Counted from the first letter of the stretch, positions 45,669-55,901 are shown. The stretch: DNA of 64,000 nt from a virus (IMGVR_UViG_3300021091_005099:49994-113993); one strand, 5' to 3'. Numbers and translations: made by a program. Notes: generated by a model from the sequence alone, not told the origin.

Positions 45669-46382
45669 ATGTCTCGTAAGCACAGACGTCAAAAACAACA
45701 GAATAACATCATCAACTTTATGAACTATCTAGCCGAGAAGAAACAAGCGGCCAGGCCCACCGCCAAGACTCCGGGCCAGCAGGAGTATTTGAACGTGTTA
45801 AACAACTATCAATACAAGATCGTGGTGGCTCTAGGACCAGCGGGTACGGGCAAGACCATGCTGGCCACAGAGCGCGCTATAGAACGATTGCAAAAGGGCG
45901 AAATTGACAAAGTGGTTGTCACCCGTCCCGCCAGCTCTGTGGACGAGGAGATCGGTTTCTTGCCCGGTGACATTAACCGCAAGATGGAACCATGGATGAA
46001 GCCCATACTGGATGTTTTTGAAAGCCACTACATGCCACCCACTGTGGACGAGATGATGAAGCGCGGAACAATAGAAATAGCACCACTGGCTTTTATGCGC
46101 GGCAGGACTTTCAAAGATGCATTCATCATAGGTGATGAAATGCAGAACAGCACTCCATCACAGATGAAGATGCTGATGACTCGCCTGGGCAGAGGATCGC
46201 AGATGGTGATCACGGGAGACACCCGCCAGTCGGATAGGTTGGTGGGCAATGGATTGGTAGATTTCAAAAGACAATATGAGAACTATTTCAATGCTGAGTA
46301 TGTAAAATTTATAGAACTGGGCAAAGCGGACATACAGAGGCATCCTGCCGTGTCTGAAATTTTAAATATCTACGGAGATTAA
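45669..46382 (+). CDS. phoH: PhoH family ATPase
   Basis: GPAGTGKT, TRP, GFLPG, APLAFMRGRTF, DEMQN, TGD..Q.D, DIQRH. Confidence 0.93.
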   Translation: MSRKHRRQKQQNNIINFMNYLAEKKQAARPTAKTPGQQEYLNVLNNYQYKIVVALGPAGTGKTMLATERAIERLQKGEIDKVVVTRPASSVDEEIGFLPGDINRKMEPWMKPILDVFESHYMPPTVDEMMKRGTIEIAPLAFMRGRTFKDAFIIGDEMQNSTPSQMKMLMTRLGRGSQMVITGDTRQSDRLVGNGLVDFKRQYENYFNAEYVKFIELGKADIQRHPAVSEILNIYGD

Positions 46383-46645
46383 TCTCTAATAAAATTGTCA
46401 ATAGCATCTGCGTACCATTGACGATAGTGCCTGTATAAATTTTCAAAAGGAAAATCTTTGGGTATACCAGGTAGATCCACCTTTATCACTTGCTGGTCTA
46501 CCAAATCTAATATCACTTTCGCTGCAGCGACCTTTCCTGATCCCAGCTTCTTTTTGCTTAACTCCACCAATTCATCATACTTGCCATTGGGTCTAATATT
46601 GTAGTTCACTATGAAATATCTCTTCTTTTCGTGCTTACTTCCCAT
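46379..46645 (-). CDS. hypothetical protein
   Basis: 88-aa ORF coupled to the clamp loader. Confidence 0.6.
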   Translation of the reverse strand: MGSKHEKKRYFIVNYNIRPNGKYDELVELSKKKLGSGKVAAAKVILDLVDQQVIKVDLPGIPKDFPFENLYRHYRQWYADAIDNFIRD

Positions 46646-47564
46646 CTGCTATCCTCGCCAGTTTGATCATTGTGGCCGCAAGGTTGATCTCCGGATCGGC
46701 CACGAACGAGTGGTCAACCAGGCCTTGCTTGATGGCCAATATGGCTTTGTCCTGCTGCTCATCATCCTTGCTGATGAGTTCTAAATTGTCGTACAGCCAT
46801 CGGAATATGTCTTCCACTTCTTCTGGTCTCGCCTGCGAGCACACAAGTTTCCTAGCTTCCAATATCTTGCCTCTCTTGAATAGATCCACCATCTCCAGCC
46901 TGTAGTCCTGCTGGCCTCGATCGGCCTTGTCTGGGGCATGCAGCTTGCCATTTCGACAGTTTTGTTGCACCATGTTGATGCATTTCCTTAGATCTGGATA
47001 TGTGGCCTTGACGTAGGTGTCCAGTATGTCGATGTCTGGTTCCACTTTCTCATCGATCATTATCTGTGCCACCCTGGCTGTGAATTCGTTCTTGTCTATG
47101 GTCTCGATGTGGAATCCCTGGCATCTGCTGTGCAGCGCTGGTATCACCCTGTTGGGATAGTTGCAGGTCAGTATGAATCTTGCCGACGTGTGATATGTTT
47201 CCATTACGCCACGCAGTGCTGCCTGCCCGTTGGGGGTTATGTAGTCCGCCTCGTCCAGCAGCACATACTTGAATGCGCCGAACGGCATTATCTGTACGAA
47301 GTTGATGATCTTGTCTCGCACCGTGTCCACGGAGTTCTCCCTGGATGCGTTGATCTCCAGAATGTCATAGGGATCAACTTCAAGCTCGTTGAACAATACC
47401 TTGGCCAGCGTGGTCTTGCCCACTCCCGGCGCTCCCGAAAATAACAAATGAGGAATAGCTCCGCTACGGATCCAGCCTTCTATCTGCTCTCGCTGGCGCT
47501 GGTCCCTGACCACGTAATCTTTCAGTGTCGCGGGCCTGTACTTTTCTGTCCAAAGCTCTTTCAT
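46635..47564 (-). CDS. clamp loader subunit (gp44/RFC-small-like)
   Basis: LWTEKYRP, GAPGVGKTT, EINAS, LDEAD, FILTCNY, SRC motif. Confidence 0.92.
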   Translation of the reverse strand: MKELWTEKYRPATLKDYVVRDQRQREQIEGWIRSGAIPHLLFSGAPGVGKTTLAKVLFNELEVDPYDILEINASRENSVDTVRDKIINFVQIMPFGAFKYVLLDEADYITPNGQAALRGVMETYHTSARFILTCNYPNRVIPALHSRCQGFHIETIDKNEFTARVAQIMIDEKVEPDIDILDTYVKATYPDLRKCINMVQQNCRNGKLHAPDKADRGQQDYRLEMVDLFKRGKILEARKLVCSQARPEEVEDIFRWLYDNLELISKDDEQQDKAILAIKQGLVDHSFVADPEINLAATMIKLARIADGK

Positions 47565-47619
47565 GTGATTATTATTATACAGATCAGCGGCACTAAAGTA
47601 AAGATGTAATCATTGGTTA

Positions 47620-48348
47620 TTATTTCCAGGTTACTATTTCATCAACTGTTGGTTTCCTTTTATTTTTGAAGTAGGGCATAGTTTGATCACGATACCCGAT
47701 TCCCAAAAGAAAGGCCACATTGTGAAATCCATGTTTCAACGGATGCAAAATGTTATCAAAATTTTTATGGACCAAGTAATAACATTTACAGAAAGATGCG
47801 TAAAGTCCTTGCTCGGCACATAATAAGCTGGTGCCATATCCATGCATGGAGGCAGATATAAGCCACTGATGTTGTGAAACATCTGAGTAATTGATTTGTT
47901 TGGCATCATATCCTTGTTGCATTTGACTGTGTGTGGGTTTTCCTGGGCGCTGATAATAGACCAAAAGATAAGGAGCGGTGACCTGGTCGTTGAATCCAAA
48001 CCCTTGATATTTGCCTTTGCCTTTGAACAGACTGTTTCTTTGTGATTCTCTGCTGTCCTTCCATGCATTATAGATTTCCTCCAGCAATTGTGTGTTGCCT
48101 TCCTCCGAGCCACCTTTGGCGAATATTCTCTTGTCCAGTCCTGTCACTGTCTGCATGGCCACTATCTTTTTTTCTTTCTCATGTTCAGGGCCCCACACAT
48201 CTATACTGTAATTCCACATATTGTTTTTCACTGGTATCAGCTCGTGTGCGTCTCTGAGAATCTGATCTATTATTTTTTTATCGGGAGCCTGATCGGTAAA
48301 GTGTGTAATGTTCTCTCTCAGTTTCATCAAACGTTTCAATTCGCTCAT
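47620..48348 (-). CDS. nitroreductase-fold protein
   Basis: LMKLRENITHF, P.K.N, APYLL, C.EQGL..SFC.C, LLGIGY. Confidence 0.6.
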   Translation of the reverse strand: MSELKRLMKLRENITHFTDQAPDKKIIDQILRDAHELIPVKNNMWNYSIDVWGPEHEKEKKIVAMQTVTGLDKRIFAKGGSEEGNTQLLEEIYNAWKDSRESQRNSLFKGKGKYQGFGFNDQVTAPYLLVYYQRPGKPTHSQMQQGYDAKQINYSDVSQHQWLISASMHGYGTSLLCAEQGLYASFCKCYYLVHKNFDNILHPLKHGFHNVAFLLGIGYRDQTMPYFKNKRKPTVDEIVTWK

Positions 48349-48350
48349 AA

Positions 48351-49526
48351 TTATCCTCTGTATTTTTCCAAAAGCATTTTAAAAATTTGGGATATTTCGG
48401 GGGTTCTTCTATATCCTTGCCAATACTCATCAAAAAAGTAAGGTATTTCTAAATTTTTTTTGTAATTTCTTCTATTAGAATTACAAAGTCCTACTTTTTT
48501 TTTATTTTCGAAATACATTTTATCTTTAGTAAATTCAAAAATGTATTTTTTTGGTTCAATTTTTTGCATCTTGGTTACATTAGCATTCATTTTTTTTAAA
48601 TTAGAATATGACCACAACTGGAATTTTTCTGTGTTCCAAAAATTATAATCTTTAAAAATTTTTAAATTAGGCTCCGAGATAGGATCAAAACGTACAGACG
48701 GAATTCTCATGTAAAAAAGTATTTTTTCAGCCTCTATTTGCCAACGAAAATTGAAATATGGCCACCACCACCAATCGGCCACAGTATTAATGTAATCAGA
48801 TTGCCCCACTTCTTCGATGTTGTCTGATATTTTTTTTACAAACCATGTGCCAAATGTAGACGTTTTTTTACTATATATTCCTCCTTTTTCATTCAAACCT
48901 TCTGTCATCTTTTTATAATGTTTTTTCCACGGTTCGAGATGTTCCTGTCTTGCAACAAAATCTTTATAGTTTAAAAGAACAGTACCAAATAAACTATCTG
49001 CTGGTTCACCGTGTAATAAAACATTTTTGTTTAAAAATTCATTATCTAATATTATAGAATTATAATGATTGCATTTTACTTTTCTTGATAAAAAATTTTC
49101 ATAAAAACTATAATTTTCCAACAAAGACGAGCTGGTACACAATACGTTAATAATTTCTAGGTCATTCTTAGATAAATTTTTAAAAAAAGCTGTCAGCATA
49201 GAAGTGGAGTCAATACCTCCACTCCAACAAATACAAATATTTTTTTGATTGGATTTGGCATAGTTAAAAATTTCTATAGCTCTTGCATCATATAAATCTG
49301 ATAAGTCATCATCAATATATCTTAATTTAAAAAGTTCATAGCCTTTTTGCACAGGGGCAAGATAAGGTGTGGTAAAGGTGCCCGATCGAGCTCTGAATTC
49401 GGTAGTACCAAATAAAAGTCGGGTAAGAGCAAGAAAATTTGCACCGTGAGGATTTTCAATGTGCATATGATCAAATGCAGGTTGATTTATAAGTTTACTA
49501 TTTTTTATTTTACTTAAAATTTTCAT
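48351..49526 (-). CDS. PP-loop ATP pyrophosphatase (asparagine synthetase C-domain-like)
   Basis: WSGGIDST PP-loop and LHGEPADSLFG (cf. AsnB GEGADELFG); no glutaminase domain; very AT-rich. Confidence 0.65.
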   Translation of the reverse strand: MKILSKIKNSKLINQPAFDHMHIENPHGANFLALTRLLFGTTEFRARSGTFTTPYLAPVQKGYELFKLRYIDDDLSDLYDARAIEIFNYAKSNQKNICICWSGGIDSTSMLTAFFKNLSKNDLEIINVLCTSSSLLENYSFYENFLSRKVKCNHYNSIILDNEFLNKNVLLHGEPADSLFGTVLLNYKDFVARQEHLEPWKKHYKKMTEGLNEKGGIYSKKTSTFGTWFVKKISDNIEEVGQSDYINTVADWWWWPYFNFRWQIEAEKILFYMRIPSVRFDPISEPNLKIFKDYNFWNTEKFQLWSYSNLKKMNANVTKMQKIEPKKYIFEFTKDKMYFENKKKVGLCNSNRRNYKKNLEIPYFFDEYWQGYRRTPEISQIFKMLLEKYRG

Positions 49527-50208
49527 CTAGGTGAACTATCTTTTCTATTGTATTGGCCTTATCCTTAAAATATATTTTCTTGAAAATTTCTTCTAAATGA
49601 CTTGACAATTCCTTCTTAATATCTTCTATCTGTATATTTTTTAAATCTAAAGAATATAAAATATTGATTACATAACTTAATAATTTTTCATTAAAATTTT
49701 TATTATTATTCAATATTTGTTCTTCCTCTGCAATTATTTTTTTTATATTTTCATCCTCGAACGATATCATTTTTAAAAATTTTTTAATCATAATTGTATT
49801 GTTTTGGAGATTTTTGAATTCAATATCATTAATATTTTTTTCTATAATTTTCTTTGTAGTGACAAGTACTTTTCTTACATAAAATAACGTTTCCTGTAAA
49901 TTAAAATCAAAAAAAGTTTCATCGGTCTGAATCTCAATGGATAAAGGATAGATATCATAGTCAGAGGCAAGTTTTGCAGTAATTTGATCGCAGCCATACT
50001 TACAACAATTTGTATTATTGAACATAGGAGAAGAATCAAAATGGTGCATAGCGAACCACTCGTGTTTAATAATCAAAAATTGAATAAATTTTAAAGTTTC
50101 GTAATCATTATCTAAGATATAAAATTTATTATGAAACGGCAATATCAATCCGTATACTGGTTTGGTTTTATCGATTTCAAAGAAATATTTAGACTTGGAT
50201 ATGTTCAT
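49510..50208 (-). CDS. hypothetical protein (very AT-rich)
   Basis: 232-aa ORF, Lys/Ile/Asn-rich. Confidence 0.6.
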   Translation of the reverse strand: MNISKSKYFFEIDKTKPVYGLILPFHNKFYILDNDYETLKFIQFLIIKHEWFAMHHFDSSPMFNNTNCCKYGCDQITAKLASDYDIYPLSIEIQTDETFFDFNLQETLFYVRKVLVTTKKIIEKNINDIEFKNLQNNTIMIKKFLKMISFEDENIKKIIAEEEQILNNNKNFNEKLLSYVINILYSLDLKNIQIEDIKKELSSHLEEIFKKIYFKDKANTIEKIVHLDENFK

Positions 50209-50212
50209 ATTT

Positions 50213-50437
50213 TTATATATCCTTGATTAATCGCCATTGTTCACCTTTGGGGTAGGGAGGTTTTCTTGCTGGCCAATCTTTTACATTATTTTTTGTATGC
50301 CATTTTTCCACGCATTGGGGTCCACAGAAAGGTATTATTTTTCTTTCTGTCCAATTGGCGAAATAGAGAGAATCAAACCAGTATAGGCAATTTTCTATTC
50401 GTTCACTGCACTGACCACAGATCTTATCACTGGTCAT
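50213..50437 (-). CDS. small zinc-finger protein
   Basis: CGQC...FCGPQC. Confidence 0.6.
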   Translation of the reverse strand: MTSDKICGQCSERIENCLYWFDSLYFANWTERKIIPFCGPQCVEKWHTKNNVKDWPARKPPYPKGEQWRLIKDI

Positions 50438-50443
50438 TGTGGT

Positions 50444-50854
50444 TTAACTGTTGCTGTAGCCGGCCTGTTTTAAGATTTCTTGTTGAGGCTCTTCGTCCGA
50501 AACCAATAGGATGTCATTCTCGTCCACCATTCTCACTTCTTCCTTGACTCCATCTCTCTCCACTATCATTCCTCTGGTCCAGCGGCCGTGAGCCACCAGC
50601 AACCATTGCCCCACTCGCACATCTTGCTGTTTAGGCCCCACAGCATAGGCCTGGCACCACCTGGGGTGTATGCCCTGCTCGGTGCCGTCATCGTCCAGCA
50701 GTATCAATCCACCCTTGGTCTTGATGTCACCAAATCTCATCCGGCACACCAGCACTCTCTTGCCTAGGGGTCGGATTTCAGAGTCGCTGACCGTGTGCTG
50801 CAGTCCCCCGTGAGAACCAAATCCTTTTTTCTGTAGTTGCTGCATCTCCACCAT
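50444..50854 (-). CDS. groES: GroES-like co-chaperonin
   Basis: IRPLGKRVLV, KTKGGLIL mobile loop, AVGP, VRVG, ENDIL. Confidence 0.8.
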   Translation of the reverse strand: MVEMQQLQKKGFGSHGGLQHTVSDSEIRPLGKRVLVCRMRFGDIKTKGGLILLDDDGTEQGIHPRWCQAYAVGPKQQDVRVGQWLLVAHGRWTRGMIVERDGVKEEVRMVDENDILLVSDEEPQQEILKQAGYSNS

Positions 50855-50875
50855 TGTGGTTATAGTATATGATGT

Positions 50876-51265
50876 TTACTCTATGCCGTCAAGAGCAGCA
50901 TCAATGCCCTGCTTGGGTTTAAACAGGGTGGTGGTCTTACCCGCACTATTTTTTGACTGCTGGGTTTGGGCCACAGGATTTATAACCTGTGTTTTTACCA
51001 CTTCCTGTTGTGGAATTGATTCAGCTCTGGGTTTTTTGACAGGAGTGTCGTCGGCCTTGCCTTTGGGTGCTTCATAATACTCTTTCATCACCTGCTCTTT
51101 GGTCTTGACAATTTTTCCACCAGTGCCCAACACGTCGCCTCGGGCATTGACGTTCATGTTGCCCACAGCTCTGACATCTTCGTTGGTTGCTCTCAGCTTC
51201 TCAATGTCCACCATGCGACCCTGCATGGTTCTGTAAAGTTTTCTGCTTGTCTGTCTTGTTACCAT
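50876..51265 (-). CDS. conserved phage hypothetical protein
   Basis: AVGNMNVNARGDVLG; AAGGAG SD. Confidence 0.7.
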   Translation of the reverse strand: MVTRQTSRKLYRTMQGRMVDIEKLRATNEDVRAVGNMNVNARGDVLGTGGKIVKTKEQVMKEYYEAPKGKADDTPVKKPRAESIPQQEVVKTQVINPVAQTQQSKNSAGKTTTLFKPKQGIDAALDGIE

Positions 51266-51293
51266 AGATTGTTACTCCTTGTGCATTTACTTA

Positions 51294-51818
51294 TCATCGC
51301 AGGAATTCACGGTGATCCAAATTGTACAGCAGTGGATTAATCTTGTGTACGCCTATCAAAAACAAACAGAAGCTGGCCACGGAGCTGCCCCTACCCACGC
51401 CCCAAACCACGTTGTTGGCCCTGAGGGTGTCCACGAAATAGATCAAAAATTGCAGCACCTTGGTAAAATTTTTTTTTTGGAAAAGTTCATATTCGGTTTT
51501 GACTCTTTCTCTTTCTGTATCCGATTGGCAGCGTGCCAATAGATACTCCAGCACGTTTATTTTATGGTAATTGTCAGGCATGTGCCACTGTGATTGCAAT
51601 CTCTGGTCCAAGTCGGCTGGTTTCTCATGATGCTGAGGTTCGCCCTGTATCGCTGGCAGATCTATGCCCAGCTCCCGCAGTGCTGCGAGATACTGTGCAG
51701 TATTTTCTATATAGAATTGACTGATGTCTGCTGAGGGGTTTTGATAGACATGTTCGATCAGGCTCTGCTCGTCGTAGACGCAGTCTCCGTGATCATTTCT
51801 TCTTGCCCTTGCCACCAT
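51294..51818 (-). CDS. stand-alone DNA polymerase III alpha (DnaE) fragment
   Basis: RVKTEYEL, WGVGRGSSVASFCLFLIGVHKINPL; stops before the PDID.D catalytic motif. Confidence 0.75.
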   Translation of the reverse strand: MVARARRNDHGDCVYDEQSLIEHVYQNPSADISQFYIENTAQYLAALRELGIDLPAIQGEPQHHEKPADLDQRLQSQWHMPDNYHKINVLEYLLARCQSDTERERVKTEYELFQKKNFTKVLQFLIYFVDTLRANNVVWGVGRGSSVASFCLFLIGVHKINPLLYNLDHREFLR

Positions 51819-52428
51819 CTAAAACCTTTGGGTTGAATTCAAATATTTTAGCATTTTCTCTGTGTTCGTCAACCTCGGAGATCTCCTTGTTCCAGCTGAA
51901 GTGTCCTGTGTAAATACCTTTTTCCAATTCTTCATCATATGTGGCCGTGTCTGACCTCAACCACCACGGATCCATCTTAGTGTACTTGGCACTGAACCAA
52001 TTGTCAACATCTAACAGCTCCAATTCCGGGCCTTCCTTCTCTATGCTGTACACTATGCCATCGCCCTGAAAGCTGCCTAGATCTAATTTGGTTACCACTA
52101 TTTTACCTTCCAATATGGCATTGCTTTTGGCGAAACAGGCTGCTGCCATGACCTGATCATAGGGAGGTCTTGGCAATTCTATGAATCTGTTGTCGCTGTT
52201 CAACTTCAATAATTGGTAAAGATCTTCCTGTCTCCAGGTGATAATGGTGTTGGCGAATACCAACTGATAGAGACTTTTCAATCTTTCAAAATATTCGCTT
52301 TGCTCAGCGAGATCTGCCGTGATGGGAGAGATATGACAGGTCACGTCATATTGATTGTGGAACAGCTCATCGCCCACGATTATGATTGTGCGGAAATCAG
52401 TTTTCCAGGAGAAAGATTTAACTTTCAT
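51793..52428 (-). CDS. hypothetical protein
   Basis: 211-aa ORF. Confidence 0.7.
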   Translation of the reverse strand: MKVKSFSWKTDFRTIIIVGDELFHNQYDVTCHISPITADLAEQSEYFERLKSLYQLVFANTIITWRQEDLYQLLKLNSDNRFIELPRPPYDQVMAAACFAKSNAILEGKIVVTKLDLGSFQGDGIVYSIEKEGPELELLDVDNWFSAKYTKMDPWWLRSDTATYDEELEKGIYTGHFSWNKEISEVDEHRENAKIFEFNPKVLDGGKGKKK

Positions 52429-52438
52429 CCTGTACTTA

Positions 52439-52693
52439 TTATTCTATGTTGATCAGCTCGCCCATATCTGGTTCGTTGCGGGCTTTCTTATATTCGTCCT
52501 GCCACTGCTTCAATCTCCTGCGCCTCTGCTCTTCCTGGTAAGACACCAAAGCATGCTGCAACTGTGAGATCATCTCGGGATTACGCAACCATCTCTTGGC
52601 GGTGGCCAATTTTTTGGTGAGCTCTCTGATGCGCTTGCCTATATCTGCCTCGGACATGTTGCCGAGCTCTTCTTGTAAGGGATGGAAATACAT
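52439..52693 (-). CDS. hypothetical coiled-coil protein
   Basis: 84-aa ORF starting MYFHPL. Confidence 0.65.
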   Translation of the reverse strand: MYFHPLQEELGNMSEADIGKRIRELTKKLATAKRWLRNPEMISQLQHALVSYQEEQRRRRLKQWQDEYKKARNEPDMGELINIE

Positions 52694-52700
52694 TTATACC

Positions 52701-53264
52701 CTAGGTATATAATTTACCAATCTGATGCATCAGTACCGTTGTTCCCGCATCTGGTGTGACAAACTCGTATAGATATCTGCCAGCGGTGGGTGCTGTGATT
52801 TTATCAGTGCCGCTGTCGAATCCTGTCACGTTGTCTGCCACTATGGTGGCCGCAGTCACGGTCAGCAGATGTGCAACGTTGCCGTATGTGATGTCTAACA
52901 CTATTCTCCCCAAACCAGAACCTGGCCAGTTGGCAAATCCTAGAGTGACGTTACCACTGGTGGTCAACTTGTGATAGTGTCCATTGGCATGATCCAATGT
53001 TATGGTTCCGCTGGTAGGTGGACCATTATCATATATTGTCAATGCCGTGTCTTTGAACACTGCTTTACTGACTGTGTAATTGTTGAATGATGTATTACCA
53101 GATGTGGATGCTTTGTTGGTTTGTAAATCTTCTATTTCAGTTTTGGCATCTTCAAAATTATTTTTAATTGCTGTGAAATTATCACGAAATCCCTGCGAAC
53201 TGTTGTCCTGTCCCGCTATTGGATACGTGCCGTCTATGTTACCTGGTACTATGTTGCTGGCCAT
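52701..53264 (-). CDS. virion structural (baseplate/tail) protein
   Basis: YPIAGQDNSSQGFRDNF N-terminus, short coiled coil, beta-rich C-terminus. Confidence 0.65.
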   Translation of the reverse strand: MASNIVPGNIDGTYPIAGQDNSSQGFRDNFTAIKNNFEDAKTEIEDLQTNKASTSGNTSFNNYTVSKAVFKDTALTIYDNGPPTSGTITLDHANGHYHKLTTSGNVTLGFANWPGSGLGRIVLDITYGNVAHLLTVTAATIVADNVTGFDSGTDKITAPTAGRYLYEFVTPDAGTTVLMHQIGKLYT

Positions 53265-53265
53265 A

Positions 53266-55851
53266 CTATTCTTTTAGCTTTCTTTTGAATGCAAGGTATT
53301 TATCTCCTTTTCGCTCCACTTTGATTTTAGTGGTGGCTGAAGGAGCATTGGTAAAATTAATGGTGGTTTTTTGCGTATTCGCATCATGAGTTAGGAAAAA
53401 TTCCGGTTCATAGTCTGTGGAACGCAGGAGGCTGTCCGCGCTCATGTAATTGGGAATTGAATAGTTGTCCGCAGTGACCTGCTCACCATATCTCAATACT
53501 TTGGCATTTTCTCTAATTTTGATCTCTTCTTCATGTATGATTTCATTGATGGTGAACGTTCTGGTGCTGCCATCTGCGGTGATCGTGCCTGTGTCCACCT
53601 TGGAGGCTCCGCAAAGATATCTATCTATTCTGAAGAAAATATTTTTATAATCAAAACCTTTGTTCAATATTCTATTTCTTACCAGCCCGCTCTTGCCGGG
53701 ATTGCAGTACGCCAACACTATGGCCAATTTGAAGCCCAGTGGAGATCCTGTGTTGTCCTGACTGGTTCTCATCCATAGAGGCAGATGCATGTATTCTTTC
53801 TGCCCCAGATTCTTCATGTTTTTCCTCATGTGGGCCACGGCATTGGGAAATAGTTTCTCGAATGAGCCTATGTCTGCCGTGATGTTGTTGGCATATCTTA
53901 TCTTGCTGCCCGCGATGCTGAAACTCAATCCGCCATGGGTAGTCACGTCATACACGTCATAATCTGTGGTCAATCTAAAGTCATCTGCGCGGGCTCCCAA
54001 CATGGGCCTATTGATATCGGTCCTCAGCGTGATGCTGTCAGATATCACCTTGCCCTGTTTGTTCACGAGATTGTCCACCATCTCAACGTAGACCACCTCG
54101 TATATACACGTGCCGTTGTGTTTAGCCAGTGCTGTCTTGATGTCTCCAAAATACAGCACTTTTGGTTCATGATTGAATCTCATGGCCTCTTGTAGTGCGT
54201 TGACAGTCTGATGCTCAAGACCTGCCACCAACAACATCTCGGGTCTCTGTGGCAGCCCAAAAAGGCTATCTTCAGATCTGAATATGTTGGCACTGTTGTT
54301 GATGTTGGGGTCTTGGGCGATGCTGTAGAATAAGTCGGTGTCGGAGGTGCTGTTTCTTCTATTGCTGATCAATCCAGAGGCGCTCATGTTGCTGTATTCC
54401 TTGGCGTAGGGTAATTTGACCGTGATGTGAAATTCCTTGCTGGTGGCCAGATTTTGATATTGGTCACTGACTCCCACCGTAAACGCATATTCTCTGTCAA
54501 AGCTGGTGGTGTTGTTGTCCAAGGTCAGCACGTTGTTGTCCAGCACTGTGTATTCTGATAGATCTATCTGCCCCATGATGTTGCCCAATGGCGACAACGT
54601 CAATCCCGGAGGCAAGGATCCTTGGGCAAGATTGTATATAAACACCCTGTTTGACACCTCGTCTGGGTTTAGTACCTGCGCAGGTGTCTGTGCCTCCACG
54701 CTGAACAGGCAGGGGATGCCTGGCTGTATGGATCCCAGATTGCTGCTGGTTATGAATTCTATTCCTATGTCGATCTCTCCAATCACCGTCAAGGTGAACT
54801 GCTTGTCAGTGAACACAATCACGCCAGATGCTGCCGTCCTTGCTGCCCTTATGGTGAACACGTATTCCAATTCTACAGCGGCCTGTGATCCCAGTCTTCC
54901 ATATATCTCTCCGGAATTGATGTCGATCTGTATGCCTGGCGGCAGTGTTCCCGAGGCCAGAGTGTATTCTAGATCTCCCTGCAGCGGATCAAAATCCACC
55001 ACGTCCACTTTGATCACCATTTCATTGTTGTGCCTGAATGTGCCCAATGCACCATCCGTCAGGAACACGGGACGCCTGTTGGCGCTGTTGCTCATTATGA
55101 TGGGGAATCCCTGATATTGGGTCATGTCCACCGTGATCCTGTTGTTGTCCACGCGCCAGAAATCCGCGGTGAACACAAATATGCTGTTGACCTGTGTGGC
55201 CACGCTGGCCCCATCGGTCACTCGCACTATGAACTCAAAATTTTTCGATCTAGATATGGAAAACACCGTGGGGTCATAGGGCACGTCATCGTAGTCATAC
55301 ACGTTGTCGTAGCCTCCATAGGGTCCAAATCTATCATCATCCGTCAATAAAACCGTTCCTGATATCAATCCCGCGGAGCTCATCTTTATGCCTGGGGGCA
55401 ACTGTCCCGTTACTATGTCATAAACCAAAGTTTGTCCGGCCGGTATGTCGTCGTCAAGTGCGCGCATCTGATAGCTGATGTAGCTGCCGTCCAGCACGTA
55501 TCTGGTGGCCGCCCTGGTGCTGTCTCCCATGTCCAGCTCACCCTCGGGGGTGACGAACCTGGGGGCATCCGCTCCAGTCACTTGCATACTGAACGTCCTG
55601 TCCGCTATGTTGGTGCCGTCCGATGCTCGGACCACGAAGGTGTAAAGGGACCTCGTGGCCACTTCGAACGGCACGCCTCGCAGGACACCCGAGGTAGTAA
55701 GTTCAATACCGGGAGGCAGGTTGCCTGCGATCTTGGAGTAGGTCAAAGTGGTGCTGTCGGCATCTTCTGCTTCCAGCTGGAACGAATATAGTCGTCGTTC
55801 CTGTAATATGTCTATTTTACCCGACGGGGTCTTCCAGACCGGTGACGCCAT
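53266..55851 (-). CDS. baseplate protein with Ig-like (cadherin/He_PIG) repeats
   Basis: Four G.LPPG[IL].[LM]...G repeats each followed by Y.F.VR; AAGGAG SD. Confidence 0.72.
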   Translation of the reverse strand: MASPVWKTPSGKIDILQERRLYSFQLEAEDADSTTLTYSKIAGNLPPGIELTTSGVLRGVPFEVATRSLYTFVVRASDGTNIADRTFSMQVTGADAPRFVTPEGELDMGDSTRAATRYVLDGSYISYQMRALDDDIPAGQTLVYDIVTGQLPPGIKMSSAGLISGTVLLTDDDRFGPYGGYDNVYDYDDVPYDPTVFSISRSKNFEFIVRVTDGASVATQVNSIFVFTADFWRVDNNRITVDMTQYQGFPIIMSNSANRRPVFLTDGALGTFRHNNEMVIKVDVVDFDPLQGDLEYTLASGTLPPGIQIDINSGEIYGRLGSQAAVELEYVFTIRAARTAASGVIVFTDKQFTLTVIGEIDIGIEFITSSNLGSIQPGIPCLFSVEAQTPAQVLNPDEVSNRVFIYNLAQGSLPPGLTLSPLGNIMGQIDLSEYTVLDNNVLTLDNNTTSFDREYAFTVGVSDQYQNLATSKEFHITVKLPYAKEYSNMSASGLISNRRNSTSDTDLFYSIAQDPNINNSANIFRSEDSLFGLPQRPEMLLVAGLEHQTVNALQEAMRFNHEPKVLYFGDIKTALAKHNGTCIYEVVYVEMVDNLVNKQGKVISDSITLRTDINRPMLGARADDFRLTTDYDVYDVTTHGGLSFSIAGSKIRYANNITADIGSFEKLFPNAVAHMRKNMKNLGQKEYMHLPLWMRTSQDNTGSPLGFKLAIVLAYCNPGKSGLVRNRILNKGFDYKNIFFRIDRYLCGASKVDTGTITADGSTRTFTINEIIHEEEIKIRENAKVLRYGEQVTADNYSIPNYMSADSLLRSTDYEPEFFLTHDANTQKTTINFTNAPSATTKIKVERKGDKYLAFKRKLKE

Positions 55852-55901
55852 TTGAACTTACTCCTTTACAGGTGTATTTATGGTGAATTACATTTATATA
55901 A

